Source of the DNA: Patescibacteria group bacterium
GTDB taxonomy: Bacteria; Patescibacteriota; UBA1384; XYA2-FULL-43-10; 1-14-0-10-43-13
Direction of reading: 5' to 3'
Assembly (NCBI GenBank): GCA_041671645.1
Contig: JBAZBD010000001.1
Span: 85,561 to 149,560 of the forward strand
Length of the DNA: 64,000 nt
The position numbers and the translations under genes were made by a program. Shown piece by piece: positions 18,612 to 30,700 of the stretch. Positions within the stretch are counted from its first letter, which is position 1. The number at the start of each line of letters is the position of its first letter. The notes under the pieces were generated by a model. That model had not been told where the DNA came from, searched no databases, and worked only from the letters and a program-made list of their open reading frames with translations.

Positions 18612-18651
18612 TAATTGATTAAAAAATAGAAATTAATAAATAAGAATTAAT
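18597..18651. repeat. AT-rich heptamer right arm (imperfect inverse of the left arm)
   Basis: aaatctaaaaattaataattgattaaaaaatagaaattaataaataagaatt. Confidence 0.75.
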
Positions 18652-19923
18652 TTGAATCTAGAACTGAAAAAAATTGCCTTGTCCCTCTATGTCACGATAT
18701 TTATTGTTGTTTTGGCCATTTTGGGTGCGATCTGGTATTTTACTCGCTCTTTCGCCACGATCAAGGTCTTCCCTGTGGTGGCGACCGTGCGGATAGACGG
18801 CAAAATCTACAAAACTCAAAACGGCACAATCAAGACAATCCTTGAGCCTGGCGTTCATGAAGTTGTAGTTGAGGCGCCCGACAGTATCGGCACCAGCCAA
18901 AAGGTAGATCTGGGCCGAGGATCGAACAAAGAAGTCAGCGTTGCACTGGCCGAGATGCCCAAACCGATCAAAATCGCCTCTGACGCCAAGATGACTTCTC
19001 GCGGTAATGACTTCAATAGCTTCTACTATCTTGGTGAGAATAGCCGAACACTTTTCCGAGTCAAACTCGGAATCGATGACAAGACAGGAGAGATCAAGAC
19101 GCTAGAACATCGCTCTATCACCGATCCGAAACTATCGAGCAACAAGGAGATTGCCTGGTCACCCTCGGGGCAGCTGGCTCTCTTTCGCAAGAACAACAAT
19201 GACATCAACCTCTTTGACTTTGCCAAATATGACTTTGTGAATCAGACCGAGAGGCTCTGGGGCAAGAATATCGGCAGCATGGCCTGGGCACCAGATGATT
19301 CCGAAATCGCTTACTACTACAATCCTGGCACAGGAGAAGAGTCGCTCATCCTTTCAAACCTCGGCAACACCGACATGACTCGGGTAGCCGATTTTGGAGC
19401 TTATAATATTAACAACCCGATATTACACTGGTCGCCAGATTCCGAGTGGCTCTTGGTCATTCCTCGCAACAGCGATTACGCTACCAACAAGATTTATCTC
19501 TTCAATGCCTACGCTCGATCGATCAAGGAGTTCACGGCCGAGGGAGATCAATTGGACGCCTCTTTCTCGCCAGACTCGAACAAAGTCCTTTTCTCGACCT
19601 ACCAGAAGGATCCCAGCAGCTCCATCCCGGGCACCCTCTCGATCATGGACAAAGACGGGCAGAATCTCAAGAATTTGAATTTGAGAGCAGACTTGTCCAA
19701 AATTGTTTGGGCTAATGACTCCAAACATATCGTTGTCTCTACTTACAATCCTGATCTCAAACACGATGAAATCTTCCGATTCAACACCGATACGGGCGAG
19801 AAAGCTGGTTTTATTCTCCGCAACCTTGGGGATATCACGATCAACAACCTTGTTTTGTCCGATGATGAGAAGATGGTAATATATGAGACAAAGGACGGGG
19901 TATACGCCGTCAAAGTGAATTAG
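18652..19923 (+). CDS. Membrane-anchored PEGA domain + TolB-like (PD40) beta-propeller protein
   Basis: ATVRIDG...LEPGVHEVVV, then repeated WSPSG, WAPDD, WSPDS, FSPDS and WANDS blades. Confidence 0.85.
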   Translation: MNLELKKIALSLYVTIFIVVLAILGAIWYFTRSFATIKVFPVVATVRIDGKIYKTQNGTIKTILEPGVHEVVVEAPDSIGTSQKVDLGRGSNKEVSVALAEMPKPIKIASDAKMTSRGNDFNSFYYLGENSRTLFRVKLGIDDKTGEIKTLEHRSITDPKLSSNKEIAWSPSGQLALFRKNNNDINLFDFAKYDFVNQTERLWGKNIGSMAWAPDDSEIAYYYNPGTGEESLILSNLGNTDMTRVADFGAYNINNPILHWSPDSEWLLVIPRNSDYATNKIYLFNAYARSIKEFTAEGDQLDASFSPDSNKVLFSTYQKDPSSSIPGTLSIMDKDGQNLKNLNLRADLSKIVWANDSKHIVVSTYNPDLKHDEIFRFNTDTGEKAGFILRNLGDITINNLVLSDDEKMVIYETKDGVYAVKVN

Positions 19924-19933
19924 CGGAGGGGTA

Positions 19934-21787
19934 TTGGCAGATACGGGACGCAAAAAATTTTTTGATGTTGTATTTAAGAGAAAAGTCAGTCAGCCTAAGC
20001 CGGCTGGCAGTTTTGCTGATGAAGTCGCACCTTACGGCAAATCTCTAACCGACGAGGAAATCGAGAAAGACGAGAAGAATATGGCCCCGCAGGGGGGATC
20101 CTTTGGGGCGAGTCCCGTTGGGGCGGGCACGATCGGCACGCCAAGACCAGGCAGGGCTAATAATCCAAGCGGCGGGGAAGCTTTTGGCAGAGATTTAAAC
20201 GCCCGGTCTTCTTCAGAAAATCCAAATGCGAATGGAGAGAAAGAGGAAAATGAGGATGAAGATGAAGACCCAGAAGACGAGGGTGGAAATGATAGCGATC
20301 AGCCAAAGAAGAAAAATCCTGAGTCCGAAAATTTAGAAAATGAAGCCTTAGAGAAAGCCCAGCAAGAAGAAACTGATCGGGTTGCCAAGAAGGAGGGCCG
20401 TTCGGATCTCCAACAGCCAGATCCAATCCAATCGGGCCATATGAATGCGGAGCCCCAGAAACCAGGGGCTGAGGGACAGAAAAATGGAGACACTGGCGAC
20501 GATGAATCGAGCCAAAAAGCCAAACAAGCTGGGCAAGAAGGCACACCGAAGCCGGCAGCCGCTCAGGGGAACACTGCCGCCCAAAAGGTAGGCCAAGGAG
20601 CGAAGACGGCTGGTAAAGCCGTTAGTAAAGTGGCCGCTGGCGCAGGTCGAGCTATTATGGCCTTCTTCGCCACGCCTCCAGGCCAGATCGTCTTAATCGT
20701 TATCATCTCAATAATTCTAATTGCCATCTTGGTTGGCGTATCTATGAACGGAAGCAAGAAGCAAAACGCACTGAACGGTACAGGCGGGGCTCCGATTGAA
20801 ACTAGACCGATCTCAGACGACGACGCACTGACCAAGCTTCTGATGCTCTCGGGGGATGCCAAAGTCCAGACCGAAATCTCTGACGCACAGATCAACAAAC
20901 TAATCGCTGCTCTCGACGTCGCCATAGCCGATGAAAAAATTGGCGATTACACCGTCCCTGACGGTAATAATAAAATTCCGCTCAAGGATGCCCTGACTGC
21001 GGTCAGAGCGAAATTTACAGCTGCTTCCAAGCTCACCGACGCAAATCAAAAGAAGACTGATCTCCAAGCCGCAATCAAATCCCTACAAGCGCTAGCGGCC
21101 AAGCTTAACACTTCCTGCTTACAGCTTCGGTCTTCCACTTTCTCAAATGTTGCGAAAGCCAACGACAAGCTCGGTCTTCTGACTGGGTGGTTCGTCAGAA
21201 AAGATGGCGCAAAGATTCCAGCGGACAGCTCAATGTGTCAATTCTTTCTCTTCGTAGAAGAAAGCAAAGCCGACAGTCTGCTCAAGGAGAACGGCGTAAG
21301 TATCCTACAACTTTCCTCAATCGTTGGGGCGCACGATATTTATGTGACCAGCAGTATGAACAGCAAAAATGCGGCCATAAACGCTAGTCAAGACAACATC
21401 TGCGTGAAATGTGAGACCAGCTACACCCCAGCTTGCGACAAGAAGTATAATATTACATACAAAACCCAGGGCGGCCAATCGGCCACAGGTTCATGGGCTT
21501 GTATCATGTCTCAGCATGCGACCGGGCATGGCGTTGATATAAATAATCTGAATACAGAAACCGCTGAGGCGAAACAAAAATCAGAAGCCTTTGGCCGATG
21601 GGTGATACAACATTTGCCCGAGTTAAATACAAAGAAAATACTGATTCACCAGTTGATTATCGGCGACAGAGAGTGGGTGCGCGACAACGTAGACAAGACA
21701 GATGAACAAAAGACAGGCCCAATGACAAAAGTCGCGGGGCATACCAACCATACCCACATCGGTTTTGGCAAATACGTAACAAAATAA
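19934..21787 (+). CDS. Bitopic membrane protein: acidic disordered N-terminus, TM, C-terminal M15-like Zn-peptidase domain
   Basis: SQHATGHGVD (SxHxxGxxxD) and HTNHTHIGF motifs; GGAGGGG + TTG start. Confidence 0.75.
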   Translation: MADTGRKKFFDVVFKRKVSQPKPAGSFADEVAPYGKSLTDEEIEKDEKNMAPQGGSFGASPVGAGTIGTPRPGRANNPSGGEAFGRDLNARSSSENPNANGEKEENEDEDEDPEDEGGNDSDQPKKKNPESENLENEALEKAQQEETDRVAKKEGRSDLQQPDPIQSGHMNAEPQKPGAEGQKNGDTGDDESSQKAKQAGQEGTPKPAAAQGNTAAQKVGQGAKTAGKAVSKVAAGAGRAIMAFFATPPGQIVLIVIISIILIAILVGVSMNGSKKQNALNGTGGAPIETRPISDDDALTKLLMLSGDAKVQTEISDAQINKLIAALDVAIADEKIGDYTVPDGNNKIPLKDALTAVRAKFTAASKLTDANQKKTDLQAAIKSLQALAAKLNTSCLQLRSSTFSNVAKANDKLGLLTGWFVRKDGAKIPADSSMCQFFLFVEESKADSLLKENGVSILQLSSIVGAHDIYVTSSMNSKNAAINASQDNICVKCETSYTPACDKKYNITYKTQGGQSATGSWACIMSQHATGHGVDINNLNTETAEAKQKSEAFGRWVIQHLPELNTKKILIHQLIIGDREWVRDNVDKTDEQKTGPMTKVAGHTNHTHIGFGKYVTK

Positions 21788-21790
21788 AAG

Positions 21791-24700
21791 TTGAGGGATG
21801 TGAAGAAATTTTTGCAAAAATTTGTGTTCACGCTGGTTGCGCTGATTTTGGTGTTGAACCCATATATCGAGCTCATCCCGACAGATTACTTCTCCAGCAA
21901 GGCCAAAGCGGCGATCAACGATATCCCTGATCCAGAGATCGCGTCAACCGATGAGAGCGATCATGATTATGAGGAGGAAGTAGATAGCGATTACACCCCA
22001 GAATACTCTCCGAATTTCATCCCCGACCCAGTCAAAGATGCCTTCTCCCTCGTGGTGACTGATACCACTGAGACCTTTACTGATCTTACCAGCACGAGCA
22101 GTCTGCTTGAAGATATTGGTGATGCCAAAATCATCCTGACCCAGAGTGATTTTGACGCGATCAAGGCCCTTCGTTGCATGAAGAATCTACTCCCGCCATT
22201 CGCCGAGAACATGTCAAAACTCTATGAGTTTACGATTCCCGAGGGTATCATTAATTCTAACGAACAATACAAAAACTTCCCAGCCAAAGAGGAAATTGAC
22301 GATGCAGTCTCTAGTGAGGGATCTCAAGCGACGCCAAGATTCGGCACACCCGAAGAATACCTCTCCTATCTCAAATACGGAGACTCTGGCGACCCGCTCC
22401 TCACCACAAACCAGAACAAGGAAAAATTTGTTAACTATGTTGATTCAGCCAAAGCATATTACGGCGACGATCGCTTAAGGGCAGACTGGCTTGCGCAAAT
22501 CGACAACCTTGCAGAGAACAAAACTCTCGATACCGATATAAATACTCTAGCTTGCGTCACTCGGATTACTGACGCAGAACAGCTGATGGCTCTGATTCGA
22601 GAAAGCAAAACTGATGAGACCAAGCGACAGTACTTGCTCGACAGAATCAATGAGAGTCTAGACGGACTCAAGATTGACATCCGCGCAGTCAAGGCCCTGA
22701 TTTATTTGGTTACGCCTAAGAACAAGGGAGGCGCTGGACACTGGAGAATCCGCGTCAAGAAATTCCTCCAAACTGGCCGCAAATCAGGTGAGTCTGATGC
22801 GTTGCTGACTGGAGCCGCCAAAACAGTGAACTGTGATCCGGCCAAATCCGCCGCTGAATGCGGCATGGCTCAGTACCAACCGGGCGAGGCGACGATAGAA
22901 GAGAAAGATGGTAGCGCCTACACTGCCTATCTAGAGTCTATGAACGACGGTGAGCAAAATGATTCAATGCACCAGCAGGGTCAGGCTATTGATATTTCTG
23001 AGATTGACGACATAAGATGCACGATACGGAAAGAGGTTAAGCAGTGGGGAAATGTTAAGGGCCAGAACACTCCTCAACCAACAAGACCAATTAAGTTGGC
23101 CTGGCAGACTACAGAAGGGTTCAACAAATCAGAGGGTGCCAATGACTTTGATATGATGTCTCTTATCAAATCGATGGCGACCTCCGAGGTGGTCGACTTC
23201 CTGGGCTCGATCAACGAGACTGATATGTCTGACTATGAGGGCGACCTGACCAGAGCCAGTTTTGGAGATCTAGTCAACGTAGTGGGCAAGTCCCTAATGA
23301 CTGAAATTCTCGCTTCGCCTGATCATAATTTGAAGGGCTATAGCACCGACAGCACTCTTAGAAACCTGGGTGGTATCTATATCGCTGACTATCTCGGGAT
23401 TAATCGAAAATTATTTACAGACAAACATATCAACACTCCGGGAGATCTCTTCTATGAAATCGGCCGCGGCGCGATCGAGACTCGGATGAAATTGCCTCTC
23501 AACTCACTCGACACGACCAATCCTGCCGTGCCCCTCTTCTCGACCTTGGCCCAGACAGGAACTAGGAAATTGGAGTATGAATTGGGGCTAGCCAACGGAG
23601 ATCTGGCGCGCCTAGACCCAAACTCGGTTGCCAGCATCTATATTGGCGCCCGTGTGATCGAAGGAACGCTTAATTTCAAGAAATTCGTTTGGCCAAGCCA
23701 GGACAAGCCATTTGCTGAGTTTGCCAGCACAGCAGAGGGTCTGAATTGGTTTGATCTGCTTCGGCTCAGCCCAGACACAATCGACATGATGCTTCACCTG
23801 AAGTCTGGTGTGACTGAAGCCTTGGTCAAGGGCAAGACCTTGACTCCGGCTCAGTATGACAAAATGATGAAGTTGCCCGAGGGCACGACGACAGAGTCAG
23901 TCAAGATGAACTCGGACCGATACGCTAGTATCGTTGGGCAAGTTAGATTGGATGAGACAACTTTTGGCTTTCAATACTTCGCCGCCAACGATGCCGCCTT
24001 CTCCTTGCCAACTGGGCTCTGGGCTGAGGTAATCAAATTTAGCCCAGATACTTTGCAACAGAGCCTCGCTGAAGTCGGAATTTATACGCTCTCTCGACTA
24101 TTCGGCGAAGATGATGCTTCTCCTTTGCCAAAGCTAGAAGTGGGAGAGCAGGTTGTCAGTATCCAGACCCATGAGTACGGCAAGGATGTAACTTTCCAGG
24201 CAAATGATGGTAACTTTGGTCGCTGGGTATTCCGAAGTTGGCTTCGAGACAACCTAACCAAATCAACCGAAGAGGCTTGTCAGGCGCCGGCCCGTCCGAT
24301 TGAGGTTGATGTTTCCTTTGATCAAGCTGGCGCTCAGCAGCCAAATCCAAACAGTCTGCTAGATGTTCAAGCAACTTTTGGAACCAATGTATTCAAACCG
24401 GTCAGTCTAGCTCTAGACTACCAAGTCACCTATAATCCAGCCGCCAATGGCATACCACAGCCTTCGAAAACGCTGACCAAAGACGTCTCTGAGATTAGAC
24501 CAATTTCCGAAGAAAAGGCAACGAAATATGGCTTTGTAAATCGAGACTTACAAAGAATCTTTGGCTGTGCATCAGCCAATGGGCGTGATGTCTACCAGCG
24601 GATAGGCTCTGAGCTCCTCTACACCGCCCTGATCAACCAGGCGCTGAGCGAGACTGACCGCGCCAAGATTGACATTATGGACACCGATCCTACAATTCAT

Positions 24701-27700
24701 GTTGCCAACGAAGAGATCAACTTCTACATCCAACGCATCTTCTATATTAAGAAATTGCTTGGACAGATCGACACCCAATACGGCTCAATCGTATCTGAGG
24801 GCAAAGACGACATTAAATCTTTTGTAGATCTTTCGAAACTATCTTATGACCAGCTCAAACAGGTATATGGAGACCTGACCAATCTCCAACTGTTCTCCAT
24901 CAGCAAAATAGCCGCTACCGCCTCACAGACTATGACCGATATCGACACGCTAAAACAGGTGGCCTCCGATTGGAAAGAGTACATGCGGACACGAAGGGCA
25001 GACTTGGTCGGAGATATAGCTGCCGTCAATCAGATTGTTTATCTCGTCAACGAGCTTTGGACCACTATTGCCGAGCTCGATCGTGGCAAGGCTATTAATG
25101 GTGTTGATCGTATTAAATTTCAGCAGATTGATTCTACTCCGCTACAGGAAGTCGTAAACCAGGACAGAAGACAGCAAGCACAAGAGAGATCAGACTCGGC
25201 CAAGAAAAAGGGCCTCTCTGCTTGGCAGGTTGCACAGATGATGTTCGACTGGATTGCCGGTACGATCACTTCCTCCGAGCTCTTTTATCGCCTGGGCGCC
25301 AACTCGATCGAAGCTAACATCGGCCTTCCGCCCAATAGCCTAGTCTACCTAGTCCGCAATTATGACCAAAATGGCATATCTGGCCTCGACGCCTTTTATC
25401 AATCGGTTGGCCAGGCCAGGATTGAGGAAAATTTTGGCATGCCCGCCTTCTATTTCCAGGGCAACTTTGATGCCCAGGCCAAGCCCAACTTCCAATCTGA
25501 CCTGAAGGCAGTCTACAACATGATTACGACGGATTCTGTGCTTAAGCACGATTATCCCGATCTGGCCGCACTATCCGAAGCAGACTTCCTGAAGTATATG
25601 GATAGCCTGCTCACGGCGCCGATGCTCGATTATGCCGCCGATCCCTGGATACAGCTTATCAGGACCCCCGGTAGTCCATATTCGATCAGTAGTGAGCCCA
25701 AGACCCCAGGTGATGATCTCAATGCCTACAAGGCCTTCTACAAGAAAATCGCCGATAGTCAAAAAGCTTATACCAAGAGCACGGCTCATTGGCAGGCAAT
25801 TGTTGACAATGTCGACAAACGTTGGAAAGCCAAGCGCGCCAGTGATGTCAAGGGATTGGGCAGTAGCAAGTACAGCGAATCAACAGTCCAAGACATCGTA
25901 GCAAATATCAAACAGCGCTGCTTCACTGGTGTAAACAAAGCTCAAGCGGATGGTACAGTGAAATGTCTCAATATGACTCGGTCCCCCGAGGATGATCTCC
26001 TTTTCCGTATGGGTCTCCCGCGTGGAAACTTTAACGCTATGACCGCAGAGAATTCAGTCAACAACACGTCCCTCTGGACTCGACTAGCAGGCACTACTCA
26101 GTCAATCGAGCAGGGATTCACAATCGATCAAAACGCGATCAAAGCCCTCTTTACCGGAGAAGATACTCGCTATATTAATCTTTCCCGAAAAGAGAAGCAG
26201 GTGGTCGAGGGTTCTGCTCTCAAAATCAATACCAACGTACTAAGTTTCTACGCTCAGATGCTTAATGGTGAGGTTCTGCCCAACGACACAGATCAGTATA
26301 ATTTGGACACTTGGACTCAGTACTACGTCAGCAACCCGTATGCACCGAAACAGCAAGCCAGTGAGACTTGCCCAGTTCTTTATTTGCCAAAAGGTGACGC
26401 AAGCGGCACCTTTATGGTCAATGAGACTACCCTTGAAAACAATTCATACTGCTATTATGACGCCAAGGGAAGACACTGCTTCAAGAGTTGGGATGAAGCC
26501 CAGCGCTATGCCATTGCCCACGAAGCCGACTCGATAAGACATCTGAAAGTCGTGATAGACGGCAAAGAGCAGGAAATTAGCAACAATATTCTGGGATATC
26601 TTGCCAATCAACTTGTTCTGGCCAACAATGCCGCTTTACCTGACCAAGCGACCACAGATGCCGCCGCAAATGCAAATGTCACCATCCATGGAACTATCGA
26701 ATTAAATCTGAGTGATGTCTACGCAGGACTGGTCAGATTTGTGAATGACAACTCGATGGTCGATATCTTTGGGGATAAGAACAAGAGTATAGCCATGATT
26801 TCGGCCATCGCTGGCTCGACGACTGTGCCGGCTAGTATACTAGAAAAGCTTTTTACTCGTGAACCGAGCGTAAATTCCGTCGCCACTTTCAAGAAGAAGG
26901 TTGGTGTCAAGGAAGCACAAAAAGTTGTCACTTACCAAATTTTTGGAGCTTTGCAACTTGGCCTCGCCGTTGGGCCGGACTACTTCGACGCAGGCGACCT
27001 CTATGATGTCTTGAACGGCGACTACACTGCGCTGACCAACATCGCGACCAATTATATTGATCTGAAGGCTGAGCTGAAGCCTGGCACAACACGTCTTCTC
27101 TACGAAGCTCGCAATCCAGAATCAATTACTTGCGCCCTCGCCCAAGCTGGTGGCTCAATGCTCGGTCGGATCTTTGGCCTCAACAATATTCCGCTCAATG
27201 GGATCCAAAACGTCTCATCATTTAAAGAAGCGGTCGGTCAAGCCAAGGTCGAGGAGACCCTCTCCCTGCCTCGAGGTACCTTCAGGGGCAACAATCTGTA
27301 TGAACTGCTCGACAATGTCGGACCGATCAACTTCATGATCGCCTTTAAGATACCGGTTGACCCATCAGTTGCGAATGGGATTTCTGACGATATCGACAAG
27401 ATACTCAACTCCAACACTAGCTACTCTCAGGGAGCCAATTTGGCCTATCGCTTGACTCGGGTAAGAGATGTTCTCTCGACTCGCAATATTCTTCAAAGTG
27501 ATATTGGCACAGCCATCGCCAATATCAACAGCGCTCTCAAAAATTATTTCATCAATGATCTGCTCAAACAATTTGAAAATGATCCGACCAAGATCCAAGT
27601 TGCCCTGTCGGCCCGTAATCAAAACAATAGAGATTGGTATTATGCGGTCCAGGATTTCTATCAGCAGACCAGTTCACTGGACAAAACTTTTGCGGTCAGC

Positions 27701-30700
27701 AACGGTAGCACTTATCAGCTTCTAACCAACTCGATCAAGCCAAAAACCTATATCAATCGAATTGGCGAGAATCTCATGGTCACTGCCGCCATTTCCAACG
27801 CCGCCACTCTGCTTGGGATTTCCGACGCGAAAGTTCAGGCAGCAGCCGGCGTCCTGGGTGCAATCAAGAACAATTTTGTCTGCGAGAAAAGCAAGATCAT
27901 CACCAGAGATAATTATCCATCAAACGGCGTTTCTGACGGACATTTTCTCTACGATGTGCAAGTAAACAATATCAAAAATGACTACTGGGAACAGTATCTC
28001 AGAACCGGCAAACATACTTATGACGATGTTGGCTTTCCCGTCTTGGTTTATGATGAGGTTGGCGCTGCAATCGGCTACTGTAGCGATGACACTTATGGCC
28101 AATTCGGCGAACTGTATACCAATCTTAATACCCTCTTCGGCTTCAATCTTGATGACAGGATGAATTTGCCGGAAGGCACGATCAGCAAAGTTCTATCTGA
28201 CCCCGACCACATCGTCGATAATATATTGAATATCGGACTCAGCAAACTTGACCAACAACTTGGACTTGACTATACCGTGGACGGTTCTTTCTCATTCAAT
28301 GGCTTCTGGAAAGCGACCTTTTACAAGGACGGCCAGAAGAAGGACGCAGAGAGAGAAAAAATCGACAGAAAGTGCTACAGCCAAAGTTATCCAGGGGGGA
28401 CAGACGTCGCCATCAAAACTCAGTATGACGCTGCCAACAACGATATTAAGCGATTGCTCGGAGAGTGGCCGGCCCGAGGAGCTTCACGGATCGAGGGCGA
28501 AAATTACCAGCAGTACTCGCAGAGAGTAACTTCTCAAGCCACTTTGGACGCCACTCACACTACTGAGATGCGGGACGCTTGGGTTAGCGATTGGGAAAAA
28601 TACAATCAGCAGGCTAACACTGCTAGCGGCAATATTACTATCCAAAACAATGCCTTTAATCAATGTAAGCTCGACAACAGGAAGCCAGTAAGTAACGCGG
28701 CGTTACGAGCAGATATTCTTGACTACGCCACCGGCCAACTTGTCACTTTGACTGGCAAACTACTGCGAGACGTTGTCGTTACGATTCCTGATTGCCAAAA
28801 CAATCGCGCCGCTTATCTTGACGGGGCAGGCAGCTATGACCCCGTTCTCTCCAACCAGCTTGATTATTTCGGCCAGCCTATTGGCTATGAAGAGTGCAAA
28901 GCCAAGGTCGGTGTTGTTGTTCCGAGAGAAGATTTGAAAGCACTTATCCAGGGCGACCTTCGCTATCTTTCCCCGATTGCCATGACAATCGCTTCAAACA
29001 TCGCCATGATACCGGTAGACATGTGGGGCACGGATAACTGCAATCCAGACGCCGATGGCCGATGTGAGAGTGCCGTTCCACCTCAATTCAAGCTCAGTTA
29101 CAACGACTACAAATATGCCATTTTTGGCAACGCTCAGTCCGACCAAGCGGCTCGGGACGTCGCCGCTTATAGTCACTTCAACTTAATTGAAAAAAACCCT
29201 GACGGCGTACGCATCAACTCAGGGCCGGAGTATCCTGTCTCTACTGATCCCTTCGACACGGGTCTTGGCATACTTTCAGATACCAGGGTGGCAAAAGTAG
29301 CGAATCAACCTGGCAGAGAGATTATCAACAACAAGACTGATATCTACACACAATACGGCTATACCCCAAGTAGTGCCGAGGCTGTCGATGCAATCAGCCA
29401 ACGAGCCGATTTGCAAAACAGCGTGGCCGACTTTGAAAACGCTTGCGGCATCAAGTATGGGCTTATCAGCAACAGCGCGGCGACTTGCCACAATGGGTCA
29501 CCAGAGTTTGCGGCCTATATTTCAGATAGAACTCAATTAACCGCACTAAGAGATAGGGAGACTGCGATTCTAGGCGAATCAAAGAACCTCTACCGAAACA
29601 ACTTGATGTACAAGGCGATAGACATAGCCGCCTGGAAACTTGATGGCAACGCCTATCCTGGATTTGCTCGCGCAATCGCAATCGGCACTCCCAAAATGAA
29701 GGCAGAGGCCCTTGTCACTTATCTCAAGATTGGTGCTCAGAGAGGCCATCTCTTCGGCATGGATTTCAGAGCAGTCAAAGATATCGAGCAGTGGGCCGGG
29801 GCCGCTCAATTTCTCTACGAGGCTGGGCAAAATATTCTTCGCGATACGGATACGTTTGACCCCCTAAGCACTCTTGCCAAGAATCCTAGCGCTCGATATT
29901 TCATCCAAGATTTTATCGTCTCTCGCTCAAAGGCCTGGTTTGGCTTCGAGATCCAACCAGACATGGCTGAGGGTATTATAGTCGGCATTGGTACTATGGG
30001 CTCAGCCGACCATCCTTGGGGCAATTGGGGGATCAAGGATGTCGGCATCGACAAAGTTTTTGAGGACCCGAACAACACGGGCGTCACTATTAATGTTGGA
30101 GGAGACAAGACAGTCCAGATGAAGACTCTGGGCGGAGCAACACAAGAGTATCTGGTCGACCGTCTTTTCTCCTGGGCCGACACCAAACTTGGTCTCGAGG
30201 CAGGCACTTCCTTCAAGCTCGCCAAGGGCATATATGACGCTTTCACTGCTTACGGCAAAGTATCTGCCGCCATCAAGGCCGCCAAGCTGGCTGGTTGGGT
30301 TGTGCCAAACTTGCCTCATACTGCCGCTGGCCTGGAAGCGATAGCCGACACTCTTTTCGATAAAGCAGACGCGTTAGCTTTGGATATAACAGACGCAGAA
30401 CTTTCGGCAAGCCTAACAGGGGCTGACGCTAACCAAATCGTTTATGAGAATACCGGATTTGATGGCGTAGACGCAGGAGAAAAAGCTGCCGAGGATGCCA
30501 AAGCTGCCTCTAAGACTATAAATACCGAGGGAACCAAATTCCAAGCTGCCAAAGACCTTGTTGCGGCCATAATCATTGAAATCTTAATTGGTAAAGCGCT
30601 TGGCAAAATCGTGGCCGGTTGGGAACAGGATCTTGGTATGATCCCTGGCACTCTGATGCCACTGGTTTCTGGTATTGTCACTTTCGTGTTTATCTTCGTC

